From: Dendrobates tinctorius
Taxonomy: Eukaryota
Reading direction: 5' to 3'
DNA: 64,000 bases
NCBI RefSeq assembly: GCF_039654945.1
Contig: NW_027361841.1
Coordinates: forward strand, 5,580,001-5,644,000
The number at the start of each line of letters is the position of its first letter. Within the stretch, counting starts at the first letter, position 1. Positions 1-13,680 of the stretch are shown one piece after another. The notes under the pieces were generated by a model, which was not told the DNA's origin, did no database searches, and saw only the letters and a program-made list of their open reading frames with translations. A program made the position numbers and the translations under genes.

Positions 1-2170
1 ATCTTTTGCTAAAACAAATTTTTTTATGGTAAAAATGTAATACATTTTTCTTTACTGCCATTGGTATAAAATTTTGTAACAAACCTGTGGTGTCAATATG
101 ATCACTGCACCCTTAGATGAATTCATTAAGAGGTACAGTTTGTAAAATGAGGTCAATTATTGGAGGTTCTGCTGTTCTGGCACCTCAGGGGCTCTTTCAC
201 TGGGTCAGCACACCTGCACACTATAACAGTAAAATCTGAACTATAACATAGTGACCCTTCCCTTCGGAGCTTTGCACTATACCTGAAAAGTAATTCAGAT
301 TACACATAGGGTATTGGCGCACTCAGAAAAAATTACACAACAAACTGTGAGGTCCATTTTTCCTATTAGTCCTTATAAAAATGTTAAATTTGAGGCTAAA
401 ACAACATTTTAAAGATAAGAATGTAATTACTCTTTCTTCACCGCTCAATGGTGTAAATTTCAATGATATGGTGTCAACATCCTCACAACATGGCTAGATG
501 AAATAATTCAAAGGTGCATTTTGTAAAGTGATGTAACTTATGGGAGGTTTCTGCTGTTTTGGCACCTGAGGGGCTCTGCCAATGTAACATGGCACCCTCA
601 AACCATTCCAGCAAAATCTGAACTCCAATATTGTGCTTCTTCCCTTCTGAGCCTTGCACTGTGCCTCAAAAGTAGTTTTTGACCACATATGGGGTATTGG
701 TGCACTCAGGAAGAATTGAACAAAAATTCTATGGTGCATTTTCTCTTGTCATCCTTGAGAAAATAAAAAATGGGGCTAAAAGCACAATTTTGTGGGAAAA
801 ATTTGATTTTTTTATTTTCTCAGCTTTATGTTATAGACTTCTGTGAAGCACCTGGGAGTTCAAGGTGCTCACCACACATCTAGATGCATTCCTTGAGCGG
901 TTTCCAAAATGAGGTCACATGTGGGGGGCTTCCACTGTTTAGGCATATCAGCGACTCTCCAAAGGCAAAGTGGCATCCGCTCATGATACCAGACATTTTT
1001 GCCTTCAAAAAGTCAAATGGTGATGCTTTCTTTCCAAGCTATGCCGTGCACCCCAACAGTACTTTTATGCAACTTATGGGGTATTGGCGTACTCAGTAGA
1101 AATTGCACAACAAATCATGAGGTTCAATTTTTCTTGTTACCCTTGTGAAAATAAAAAAAATGGGGCTAGGGTAAAATTTTTATGAAAAAAAGTAAAATAT
1201 TTATTTTTTACATCCACACTGTATTAATTCATGTGAAGCACTTAAAAAGTTAATAAACTTGTTGAAATTTCTGATATTTTCACAAATAAATGCAAGTCAT
1301 ATCAAGCAAATTTTACTACTATCATGAAGTACAAAAGCACTGGGATCTGTTGAAGCCTTCCTAGAGTCATTACTTTATAAATTGACACTGGTCAGATTTA
1401 AAAAATGAGGCCCAGTCATCATCCTATATAGTGGCTTGGTTGTTAGAGTAAAAATAATTTTACTTTGGATATATAGCAGTATTTAGGAATGCCTTGAGAA
1501 TTATGTGTGGGGCAATTAGTTATATGAGGGCAAGAGGTAAAAATTGGTTTACACTAGTCTGAACTGAAGCTGACCCGACAATTGAAGCGAATGGCCAGAT
1601 GTAGCTGTGGGATCAGATTAAATGTTTTCCCTGGAAATCTTTTATCTTGTGTATATTTTCAGCATACAATGTCACCAACTATAGGTATTATAGCTTTGCA
1701 CTATATTGCTATCAAATGTTAGTTGACTATTTTGACACCATTCAGTACATCATTGTGTATATTGTTTTAAAAAATATAGAAACGCACCTGTCAGGGGCTG
1801 TATGCAATTTTAACATTAAAGGGATTTTTCCAAATTTGCATTTTATTGTCTATCCAATGGATATGGGGTAACTTGCTAATCACTGAAGGTCCACCCCCTT
1901 GGTTAATAAGGAAAACTTGGCACTCAACTTCTAGAATATTTTTTGGATTTTTTAATGCAGCCAGAAAATAATAGACGTTTTGGCCTCACTGGCCTTCATC
2001 AGTAACAGACTGCAGTATAGTAGTTAATCACATTCAGTGTGATAGTAGAAGTGACATCATAGCCACTTTAAATGTGCCTGGTCATTCACTAGGCACTGGG
2101 CATGGAGCCTGAATCAAATAGTACCTGGGTGGGTGGGGGTGCCGTGCAGACATCAGCGACCCAGTATCCC
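1..2170. repeat. Recent tandem segmental duplication, copy A (partial; continues upstream of the window)
   Basis: Near-identical to 3894-6062 at offset 3893 (3892 after a 1-bp indel near 1932/5824); about 10 differences seen by eye; duplicated spurious ORFs 494/4387, 884/4777, 1647/5540. Confidence 0.95.
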
Positions 2171-2985
2171 TGCCCGTGGGACGATCTCTTATTGGAGATC
2201 GGAGGTCACATGCTCAGGTCCTTCTCCAGCTTGGATTGGACCATCAGGAAGGTCCCAAAAGGACGTTGCTATAAAAGGTTTGCATGGCTGCCTGGTCATG
2301 CGCTAGTATAGACAGTTGTTATAACTTGTGTGTGATGATGGATGCATGGATCTGGTGAATGACTTATTATGAAACCCCTTCCCTTTGATACGCATGTTGT
2401 AGGGTTATCTTAGTTTAAGTCAGCGCCTTGTAGTGGCTAAGCCTAGAGCCACAGTGCCTCCTAGTCACAGCACTTCTCTCAGCGCCATATTGTGCCATCC
2501 AGCACAAGGCACCTAGTGGCTGCATTCTCCAGTGTGGCGCAGTGTGCAGGTCTAGCGCTTTCCTCCTTAGTCTGGGTGGTTAGTGGCTTCCACCAGAGCG
2601 ATGCAGTGCACACTAGTGCAGTACTTCTTTGTTTCTCTCTTGCTGGCTCCGCTGCAGCAGCACCGATCACTAGTGGACTAGAGGGACTCTACCTCCGTGT
2701 CCTTGGGGTGGAGTATTGTGTCTGTATACTAGTGGTCATCTGGCCGAGCCCTGTGAGTTTAACAGGCTTCAGCATTTACATTGTGTGGCACCGCGGTTCT
2801 GTGTATCAACAGAACTCGCTCCTGTACACACTGGGTGACGCTAACCCGCATGTGTTCATTTATTATTTGCTGTATAGTTTCCGCCATTACTGAGCAGCAG
2901 GTTTCCATCTCTGCACGGTAGTCCTTGGGCTGCGAATGCACCTTTTACCACCTTTATTATTTGGTGCATTCCGCCAGCCTGTAAC
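2171..2985. mobile_element. Truncated LTR-like sequence (probable Gypsy solo-LTR part)
   Basis: GC-richer block with TATA-like 'ctataaaagg' (~2269), ending '...ctgtaaca'; the flank from 2986 resumes a repeat homologous to 44280 onward. Confidence 0.4.
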
Positions 2986-5320
2986 AGTTCACATGTATCA
3001 TGAGTTCTGCATTGAGCGCTTACATCAAGGTTTCCATGTAAATCTCTGAAAAATGTGATTCATATGGAACTTTCAGTGGGAGATTCCCTATCGTGAGGCA
3101 GATGGAGGCACTGTGGATGCCGTCTGGCTTATAATCTGTCAATGTCCATCTTTTTAGGCATGCATAAAAGAGCAGTTGACCACTGTTTTGTGCATTTCTA
3201 AAAAGGACAATTCCAATCAGAAGCCAGACAGAGTCCACAGTAACTCTGCTGCTCCATGATAGTGAATTGATCCCTTGAATGCTTCATCTGAATTATGTAA
3301 TTTGGTTATTTAGATGACAGCCTTGATGTAAGTCCTCAACATAGAGTGCATAATAAATGTGATCCAAAATGTTATGCAAAATGTTCCCAATAAAAGCTTC
3401 AACTCAATCCACAAAAAGAGCAACTAAGTCCCAACTCAGGTCCATCATCTACTAATGGAAATATAGAGGGCTTCCATGTTACTGGTACTACAACAGCTCT
3501 GGAAAAGCGTTGTGTAACCCCACCCCTGAAAAGAAATGCAGCGAATTATGCACTCCCAAATCCAAATTCCCCCTCACTCCTGAGCCCCACAGTGTCCTTA
3601 AACCACATTTAGCATTCACATATTTGGCACTAGTAAAATTTCCAAAATGGGATAAATTGAGAAGGGAATTCTGCTCTTCTAGCACTTTGGGGCTCTGTAT
3701 ATGGAGTCCGCAAACTATTGTAGGAAAATCTGCATTCCACGAGGCAAATAGCATTCCTTCCTTCCCTAGCCTCGCTGTGTGGCTAAGCAGCACTATACAG
3801 CCATATAATGTATGGGATATTTCCACGTTCAGCAGAAATTGTGTGTCAAACTTTGGTGCCATTTTTACCAATTTCCCCTTGTGAAAATGAAAAATGTTTT
3901 GCTAAAACAAATTTTTTTATGGTAAAAATGTAATACATTTTTCTTTACTGCCATTGGTATAAAATTTTGTAACAAACCTGTGGTGTCAATATGATCACTG
4001 CACCATTAGATGAATTCATTAAGAGGTACAGTTTGTAAAATGAGGTCAATTATTGGAGGTTCTGCTGTTCTGGCACCTCAGGGGCTCTTTCACTGGGTCA
4101 GCACACCTGCACACTATAACAGTAAAATCTGAACTATAACATAGTGACCCTTCCCTTCGGAGCTTTGCACTATACCTGAAAAGTAATTCAGATTACACAT
4201 AGGGTATTGGCGCACTCAGAAAAAATTACACAACAAACTGTGAGGTCCATTTTTCCTATTAGTCCTTATAAAAATGTTAAATTTGAGGCTAAAACAACAT
4301 TTTAAAGATAAGAATGTAATTACTCTTTCTTCACCGCTCAATGGTGTAAATTTCAATGATATGGTGTCAACATCCTCACAACATGGCTAGATGAAATAAT
4401 TCAAAGGTGCATTTTGTAAAGTGATGTAACTTATGGGAGGTTTCTGCTGTTCTGGCACCTGAGGGGCTCTGCCAATGTAACATGGCACCCTCAAACCATT
4501 CCAGCAAAATCTGAACTCCAATATTGTGCTTCTTCCCTTCTGAGCCTTGCACTGTGCCTCAAAAGTAGTTTTTGACCACATATGGGGTATTGGTGCACTC
4601 AGGAAGAATTGAACAAAAATTCTATGGTGCATTTTCTCTTGTCATCCTTGAGAAAATAAAAAATGGGGCTAAAAGCACAATTTTGTGGGAAAAATTTGAT
4701 TTTTTTATTTTCTCAGCTTTATGTTATAGACTTCTGTGAAGCACCTGGGAGTTCAAGGTGCTCACCACACATCTAGATGCATTCCTTGAGCGGTTTCCAA
4801 AATGAGGTCACATGTGGGGGGCTTCCACTGTTTAGGCATATCAGCGACTCTCCAAAGGCAAAGTGGCATCCGCTCATGATACCAGACATTTTTGCCTTCA
4901 AAAAGTCAAATGGTGATGCTTTCTTTCCAAGCTATGCCGTGCACCCCAACAGTACTTTTATGCAACTTATGGGGTATTGGCGTACTCAGTAGAAATTGCA
5001 CAACAAATCTTGAGGTTCAATTTTTCTTGTTACCCTTGTGAAAATAAAAAAAATGGGGCTAGGGTAAAATTTTTATGAAAAAAAGTAAAATATTTATTTT
5101 TTACATCCACACTGTATTAATTCATGTGAAGCACTTAAAAAGTTAATAAACTTGTTGAAATTTCTGATATTTTCACAAATAAATGCAAGTCATATCAAGC
5201 AAATTTTACTACTATCATGAAGTACAAAAGCACTGGGATCTGTTGAAGCCTTCCTAGAGTCATTACTTTATAAATTGACACTGGTCAGATTTAAAAAATG
5301 AGGCCCAGTCATCATCCTAT
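2986..5320. mobile_element. Internal part of a non-autonomous piggyBac-like element (also 1-1425) with ~400-bp internal repeats
   Basis: Collinear similarity to 44280-46680, e.g. 'ggtttccatgtaaatctctgaaa' and 'ctgtgaagcacctggga..aaggtgctcaccacacat'; that copy ends in 'aaggggTTAA'. Confidence 0.6.
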
Positions 5321-6062
5321 ATAGTGGCTTGGTTGTTAGAGTAAAAATAATTTTACTTTGGATATATAGCAGTATTTAGGAATGCCTTGAGAATTATGTG
5401 TGGGGCAATTAGTTATATGAGGGCAAGAGGTAAAAATTGGTTTACACTAGTCTGAACTGAAGCTGACCCGACAATTGAAGCGAATGGCCAGATGTAGCTG
5501 TGGGATCAGATTAAATGTTTTCCCTGGAAATCTTTTATCTTGTGTATATTTTCAGCATACAATGTCACCAACTATAGGTATTATAGCTTTGCACTATATT
5601 GCTATCAAATGTTAGTTGACTATTTTGACACCATTCAGTACATCATTGTGTATAATGTTTTAAAAAATATAGAAACGCACATGTCAGGGGCTGTATGCAA
5701 TTTTAACATTAAAGGGATTTTTCCAAATTTGCATTTTATTGTCTATCCAATGGATATGGGGTAACTTGCTAATCACTGAAGGTCCACCCCCTTGGTTAAT
5801 AAGGAAAACTTGGCACTCAACTTCAGAATATTTTTTGGATTTTTTAATGCAGCCAGAAAATAATAGACGTTTTGGCCTCACTGGCCTTTATCAGTAATAG
5901 ACTGCAGTATAGTAGTTAATCACATTCAGTGTGATAGTAGAAGTGACATCATAGTCACTTTAAATGTGCCTGGTCATTCACTAGGCACTGGGCATGGAGC
6001 CTGAATCAAATAGTACCTGGGTGGGTGGGGGTGCCGTGCAGACATCAGCGACCCAGTATCCA
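3894..6062. repeat. Recent tandem segmental duplication, copy B
   Basis: Matches 1-2170; identity ends after 'gacccagtatcc'. Confidence 0.95.
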
Positions 6063-6254
6063 CTGCTGGACTACTATACTGCAGTCTGTTACTGATGAAG
6101 GCCAGTGAGGCCAAAACTTCTATTATTTTCTGGCTGCATTAAAAAATACAAAAAATATTCTATAAGTTGAGTGCCAAGTTTTCTTTATTATTCATGTATG
6201 GTGTGGGGCCCTACTTGAGCACTTTCTGAAGTTGTGTATACGGTGTTTTTCCTT
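5799..6254. mobile_element. Penelope-like element (PLE) remnant with inverted pseudo-LTR arms
   Basis: 14-bp direct repeat 'cacccccttggtta' at 5785-5798 and 6255-6268 (TSD); ~120-bp inverted repeat 5797-5916 / 6070-6190; hammerhead-like cores in the arms. Confidence 0.6.
6080..6138 (+). ncRNA. Degenerate type-I hammerhead-ribozyme-like motif (further copies on - strand at 1956-2014 and ~5848-5906)
   Basis: CTGATGA-a-GGCC-agtga-GGCC-aAAAC, where consensus GAAAC is changed as expected from CpG decay; distal stem I tgcagtc/ggctgca. Confidence 0.45.
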
Positions 6255-6654
6255 CACCCCCTTGGTTAGACCCTCTGTGATCCCAAGAATGAAGGGTTCT
6301 TGAACCTAGAAAATACAGAGGAGCATTATCTGAAATGGAACAGAGTTGCACATGCCGAGCCTCTGCTCCGTTCACTGTCTATGAAACTGTCTGAAAAAGA
6401 TGAGTATAGCATTCAGCTATTTCCGAAGGCCCTGTGATAATGAAAGGGGCATGAAGCATGATGAAGCATGTGCATTTCCTCTTCATTTAAGATGGGGCTA
6501 TTCTTGTAGTTCCAGAGGTCTGTTCTAGGGACAGCTGAGCATGATATCAGTCAAACTCAGTGATCAGAAAATCAGCTCCCCTCTCTCTCTCTCTATAGAT
6601 ATGAGATATTTAAAGATTTTTGGAAAACCTCTTTAAAATCAATTTAGAAAATAA

Positions 6655-6898
6655 TATTATCTTACTTACAAAGTGCCATTAATTCCACAGCAGTTTACAG
6701 ACATCATCATCACTGTCCCCAAATGGGTCTCACAATCTAAATTCCCTACCAATATGTCTTTGGAGTGGGGGAGAAATCGGAGAACATGGAGGAAACCCAC
6801 TTAAACAAGGGGAGAACATACAAACTCCTTACAGATGTTGTCTTAGGTGGGATTTGACCCCAGCAAGCCTACAGTGTTAACTACTAAGCTACGCTGCC
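6655..6898 (-). mobile_element. V-SINE-like tRNA-derived SINE
   Basis: V-domain-like 'ggaggaaacccac...gggagaacatacaaactcc', B-box-like 'gggtcaaatccc' on the - strand, L2-like tail. Confidence 0.65.
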
Positions 6899-8237
6899 CA
6901 TTAAAAGGTTAGCAACTGACTTCCCTACACTAAGCTGAATGGATTGCTTGGTCCTGTTTCTTTATATCACATCATGGTACTTTAAGCTTTGCTCACATTA
7001 AAATATAGGATGTCAAAAATAGCATACATTGCAGAGCTATGAGTAATAACAGGGCCCCACGAAAAATCCTGATGGCCTCAGATTTGATTTTTTTATTACA
7101 AAGTCAATTGTGTTATTAGACTACTATATATGATTTAATACATTATTTATGTAAAATGCAAATATCAATGTACATAGAATATGTTTGCTCACATTACTCT
7201 TTATGCCAGTGGACTGTAAACTTGAAGAAATGTTACTATACACCCTCTCCGCTAGCACAAATCATGAAAATGTGTTTTACATGTCCATATGATTAGTCTC
7301 CACACACCAAGAAAATCACTATAAAACGTTGTATGAATCTTATCCACAAATAAACTTCTGTTAAAGGAAATGATTCATACATGCTTTGAATTGGAGAAAG
7401 ATCTATGCAGCAGATTTTAATACTTAGAAATGATTATGACACTGTACTGTCAACACAACACAACAATTATCCGATCTGTCATTCTTTATTACCAGATGAG
7501 GTGTTACGTTATCTTGGACTGCAATACTACTAGGAAGGCGCCACAATTTAATAATGCATAATCTCAAATTATGATAATAAGATGTCTTGCAATTTTAAGA
7601 TTTATTTTTTTTATTCCCTGTGGATTTCTTTTATAATATATTCGACCCAAATAATAAAAGCTATAGACTCATTAATATTCATATTATATTATTCCGTAGA
7701 TTATTTCATATGGAAGAGCAGAACTTTACACCCAAGCTAATCTTCCTACTGTACCTGAGACTAAGAATTGTAGTTACATACAGCCATTTTAGGGTATGTT
7801 CATACACAGATTTTTTTTAAACATTTTTTCTTCTGCTTGAAAAAAAAATGGCTAAAAAACATTGGAAATTTTGTTCATTTTTATGATCTACATGGAAAAA
7901 ACTGGAGAAAAATGTTGAACGAATTGCTCTGAGCCACAGATCAAAAAATGCATTTTTTGATGTCGCTGCAAATTATTGCATTTTTTCAGAGAAATAAAAA
8001 CATGGAAAAAGCGAGTCAAAATCACAGCACTAGTCTATCGATATGTAATAAAATAATAAAAGATACATAAGTGCAGAAGAAATACAGAAAGACACATTTT
8101 CAGAGAAGTGCTTACCATTCAAGTTTTTCTTTTTACATTTATATTGAGGCTATATAAATATATGTAGTATTTCACGATGTATTGGTTAAGATAAAATATT
8201 GAAATAAATGACTTATCTGTGTCTTAACACAATTTAA

Positions 8238-8634
8238 AGCCCCCATTACACACTGCGATATCGCTTTCAATATCGCTGTAAAGTCACCGATTTTGTGACG
8301 TAGCAGCGATATTGCTAGCAATATCGCTGCATGTGATACTTACCTCCGACCGGCTCCCCCGCTGCTCATCGCTGGTCGCGCGAGAACGTCCTGGACCTTT
8401 TCTCGTCGGGCGCTACCTCCTGGGCTTCCTGTGGCGCCGACGAGCGACGCGTGGACACGGACGGGAGGACGTCAGGATCGCCGCGTCTGACAGTTAAGTA
8501 ACAACCCCCGACCACCGCTATGTCGCTGGTGAGATCTGCCTGTGTGGCAGTTCACTAGCGACCACTTAGCGATGCACCAGCGATCCATATCATTGTCGGG
8601 ATCGCTGGTGCATCGCTAAGTGTAACAGTACCCT
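8238..8634. mobile_element. PIF/Harbinger-type MITE with internal palindromes
   Basis: Inverted homolog of 33169-33565; TAA/TAG flanks; 'gcgatatcgc' palindromes. Confidence 0.65.
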
Positions 8635-10799
8635 TAGAAAGGAGATCAGAAGCCAAAAGAGGAGGATTTCCTCAGCACTATTTAGCATGTGCTCTAACAA
8701 CGGAGAATTTGTCCCAACTTGCAGAGATGTTGTGATTGCTTTTACAGGTTTCTATGTGTTAATTAGGATGCAACAAGGAGGAATTTACAATATATCAGTG
8801 CTAGATGATGGTCAATGCCTCTGGATTATTAAATACGATGGCATGTAGTGATAAATAATGTAACACAGGATCATTTGTATTATATTTTATATCTTACTTT
8901 CAGTACCATGGACAGAGAAAAGCAGAAATCTGTCAACACACAACAAACCAAATGCATCAGTATTAATCACTTTTCTTTTTTGCATTGTGATATTTTCTGA
9001 TGATTTTGACAAATTCTTTACACCAAAAGTCTCAAGTTCTTTAGATAGTGGCAAAATGTGCTAAATTGAAAACTCCTTCAGTGACCTTACTTTAGGCGGG
9101 GACTGAAGGGAGCAGAGTTCAAAGGAAAAAATGACTTAAAAAAGAAATGCAGCTTACAAAGAGGTGCAAAACATAGCAATAAAGCGTAAGATACTACAGC
9201 GATTAAAAAGGAGCAAATTGCTCTGGAAAAGTTGGGAAAAAAAACTAATCAATAGGGCCTACAGACTTACAAAATGTTGAACAAAATAGTTGTACATTAA
9301 TACTCACTGTATATTAAAATCTTTTTAAAAATTATAGCACATAAAAATACTAAAATGAACACTGTACAAGTATTTCCTTATTGTGTTCACAAGCACAGTA
9401 CATTAGGTTATACTGTTTTGGCTGGGAAACTTTTCAATAGTTGCCAATTCAGCATAACATTTCCCTTCATTTAACCTCTGTGACTATTTAATATAAAAAG
9501 AGGGTTTTTTTTAGCAGTAAGATTTTATGTTTTTTAGTAAGCAAAGAATTATTCTAGGAATCATTCAGGACGTAGAATTGTAATTCTTGGCACCAAACAT
9601 AGCATAGCAGTATCTCAACGCAGTGTATTTAGGACACCCACAAAAATAGAAAACTGAAAATTAACTCATTGCTTCTGTTGAGTAGAAGGTCACCTTCAAA
9701 TGGTTCATGAGTTTCTGCAAAATTATAGTCATAAAACAACCTTAAATTTGCAGAAATGTATAGATTTCCACAAAAATATTTAGGGACATGTACATAATAG
9801 AGAAATGATTCTCTATATTAGGGGTAGGGAATCTTTTTCTGCTGTGGGCCATTTGTATATTTATACCATCCTTCGGGAACCATACAAATTGCTTGCTAAC
9901 TTTGTCCTCAAAGTACGTCCTGCCACAGGCACTGGTGTCAGGATGCAATCTTTCATTGCACGCACTTGAATGTTCAGTAGTAAATTAATGGACCAGCTGC
10001 TGTCAAAATACAGCAGCCAGCCCAAGCATTGCGGTACCTGGAAATCTTCCCAGGAGCCAGATAAAAGGTAATTGGGGGCCGTAAGTGGCCCGTGGGCCAA
10101 AGGTTTCCCACTGCTGCTGTAGATCAAGATCATCACATCAATTCGCCAGAAGTAATGGCCTGCAAAAAACCGACATGCTCTTTGCAGGAAAAATCTAGAC
10201 CATGCATTACATGGAGAACTGTAGGGGAATTATGGAACTTCCATTTCTTTAAAACTTTGTTATTTAAAAATCCATTAAAATGCAGAATTCCAAATGTGAT
10301 ACAGAGTAAATGGTTTCTGGCATGTTTCTGGCACCACATACTATGACTAAGGCCAGCTAGTGCATCAGAACTGTGGAGATTTATTCCATATGTGGATTTA
10401 TAATATAAAAAGGCAAAGTTTTAAAGAAAAAGTGGAAGTGTAGTCATTCCCCTACATTTCTTTATGAAAAGCACTGCTGTTTACCGTGGGATTGGACCCA
10501 CAGATCAGACCAGAAACATCACTGCTCATATTAGTATATAGACTGTGTTGAAGATTTAGGTTAATACATGCACAATACCCACTCTGTCATGCTCCTCGCT
10601 CGTTTAAAGCAGAGACACAGCAGGGATTGGCAATTGATGATTGAGGAGCATAAGCCCCAATCCCTCTCCTGCTACAAGGGACTATAGATACTTATTTTAA
10701 AAGGAGATCCATGCTGTCTTGATCAGTGTAGGAGAAATCACGCATGCATGGTGGAGAAGTGAGGATAGCAATCATTGCTCTCTTCCACAACATTATTTT

Positions 10800-11170
10800 C
10801 CCTAAATTGGACACCACAGAGCCCAGATCTCAACATCAATGAGTCTGTTGGGGATATTCTGAAGAAACAGAAGAAATTTTAGAAGACTACATTCACAGAA
10901 AATCTGTGGTTAGTTCTCCAAGATTTTTGGAACAACCTTTGCTGTTGAGTTGCTTAAAAAACTATGTTCAAGTGTGCATAGAAGAATTAATTATATTGTG
11001 AAGGCATGGGTGGTCACCCAAATATTGATGTGATTTAGATTTCTCTTATGTTGATTCACTTTGCATTTTGTTAATTAATAAAAATAAACTAGTTATGCTT
11101 CTAATTTTGAAAGAATTCTAACACTGCATCACTTTTTCCAAACTTCCCAAAAACTTTGCAACAGTACTGT
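10800..11170 (+). mobile_element. Tc1/mariner remnant (C-terminal region and TIR)
   Basis: 'agcccagatctcaacatcaatgag' resembles the SPDLNxIE motif; ends 'aaaactttgcaacagtactg'. Confidence 0.45.
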
Positions 11171-13531
11171 GTTTATAGATACATTAATACATGGCAATGC
11201 AATGGTCTCTACTGTATGTGTTAGGCCACTGGATACTATTGCAATCTGTGAGCACCCTAATTTCAAGGGGTGCCAATGGTGTGACAAATGAGTCCTTTAC
11301 CTGTGTCTAACCACCTTAAACCTACTCGTCATTGAGGTTTACAAAGAGTGATGCAAAATACTGACCATAATAATACTGCAGTGTGAAAGTGGCCATAATG
11401 TGAATTTAACATTTATGACTTGTGCAAAGGGCTTTACCTACTCCCCATTCAATTTCGAACTTCGGTCATTTAATTAGAGTGAGTGCCAATTTAATAACAT
11501 ATCTTCTATGAATGTCTGTTGTAGGAAATATTAGCATGCTGAAAATGTTTGAATGAGCAGACAGAAAGGTACCAGAGACAAGTGTACAGTGAGTGAAGTT
11601 TGTGAATGAATTATCAGGAGAGACAATTAAAGCATCAGACATGAAATAAAATGCCATTGATTCCCACGCTGTCAGAAGTTCAAATTGCTCTAACTTTGAC
11701 AATTAACCAAACTTCTTTGCCAGCCATCAATTTGTGGATGTTTTCAGTTCTTTTAATATAACATTTTTTCACCAAATTACAGCACTTACATTAATATAAA
11801 TCAGTATTTTTTGTGTCTATGGAAACATAAGAAGTTTTATATATTTCCAAATGAGAAAATGTATAAATATTTGTGGCAGTAGCGACAATGCTCTTTCCTA
11901 ACATTAACCTAACTCAGTCTGTATCTTTGTTAGTGAAGACAAGGGTCCTACACAAACAGAGATTCATCCATATTATGACTTGCCTTGCCTTTTGACCAGG
12001 TGAATACAGTAGGATATATTAACTAATCAAACAATTATATAATTATTGCACAAATAGTGCACTGCATGGCAACATTCCAATGTATTCTGTTTTTCAGATC
12101 TTCTTTATACGTAATCTAACCCAAGGCAAAAAACAGAGGGAGTTGGCAGGGCAGATATTCAAGATGTTGTGTGATAGAACTATACCAACAAGCCACTCTT
12201 CCATGGCCAAGGCATACATGTTTATCTGTCATCAACTCTAAATCCATTGACAGATTACATTTTTAACATTTTTATTACAATAGCACTGGTCTAGGGATGA
12301 GATATATTAGTTAGTATATGAACAATCTGGTACTGAATATAAAGCATGAAAGCAGGAAAAATAGGCAAGAGCAAGGACCTTTGGAACTTAAACAGAGACG
12401 AGTGTGAACTCTAGTAGACCAGGAAAGTTTTTTTTTAAATTAGATGTGTTGTGTTCCACTTCCTAGTATATAATAGTTAACACCCATTTAAAGTGGTCCA
12501 AGAAAGGACAACTGGTTAGCTGGCAACAGAGCAACATGGGCAGCAAAGACATCATGAAGTTCATGGAACGCAAAAGCTAGCTCATGTCCTTCAATTCAAC
12601 AGAAGAGCTTATTGTAACTAAAATTGTTGAAAAGGATATTACTGTCTATAATATAAAGATGCCAGAATGCACAATGTATCACATCTTGCTATGTATGGTA
12701 GCGTTATACTGGTCATGATATGCTTAAAGAAAGGAAAATATAAGGTGATCCATAGTATAGATCTTAGTGTTGATGTGGATAAATTCACACACCTGGTCCA
12801 TCAGCCACGTCAGTACTCTGTGGCTGCTGAATGGAAGTCCAGAGAAAAGCCTACTACCACATAGCATCAACATCTCTTAATATGATTAGCCAGCCTTGCC
12901 CCATATCAATATTGCAGTATGATGCACATGTGATGTCGCGGCAGGTTGGCTAATGAAAAGAAGAGACGCGGAAGCTGTCAGGTTGGAGTTTTTACTCAGG
13001 GTTCTTGTTCAGCATCCAAAGATTACTGATGTGGCCAACTGACTAGATCTTGTGAATATACTAACACCAAGTCTTGGGGATATCCTTATGAAATTAATGA
13101 TGATAGCTAAACTGACCCATGTCTTCAACAAAAAAGCCTTTAATATGCATTGCTGTTTAAAAATTTACCATGGAGTAATGGAAGAAGGTGACCAAATATA
13201 TTACATTTTCTTTTATCATTCACTACTGGGTGCATATAAGTTGCCTATTTTAGAAAATATGGCACTGGGATTTACTATGGTAATAAGGCAAGCAGTGTGA
13301 TGCTCTAGGCAGTGTTCTGTTGGGAAAACCTTCAATCCTGCCATTTATGTGGATGTTATTTGAAAAAAAATACCATCTAATTAGAGTTGAGCGAAACGGG
13401 TCGAAAAATTTCAAAAGTCGCCGACTTTTGGCAAAGTCGGGTTTCATGAAACGAAACCCGACCCTAGGATGAGGTCGGCGACTTACGCTCCAAAGTCGCG
13501 TTTCAAAAGTTTGTTTTGCGCTCTTTTTCAG

Positions 13532-13680
13532 CCAATCAGGATCCACGGACACTGTGGGCAACGTGATGACATAGGCAGGGGTCACCACCATCTTTCAGAA
13601 GGGCATGCAAGTGATTGGCTTGCTTTGGTGGGCGTCACAGGGGTTATAAAAGGGCGTGCACGCCGACCGCCATCATACTT
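13532..13680 (+). promoter_or_regulatory. Putative Pol II promoter of the hAT element
   Basis: CCAAT at 13532, reverse CCAAT at 13614, TATAAAA at 13645-13651, YY1-like ccgccatc at ~13667; all conserved in copy 2 (~59916-60061). Confidence 0.5.
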
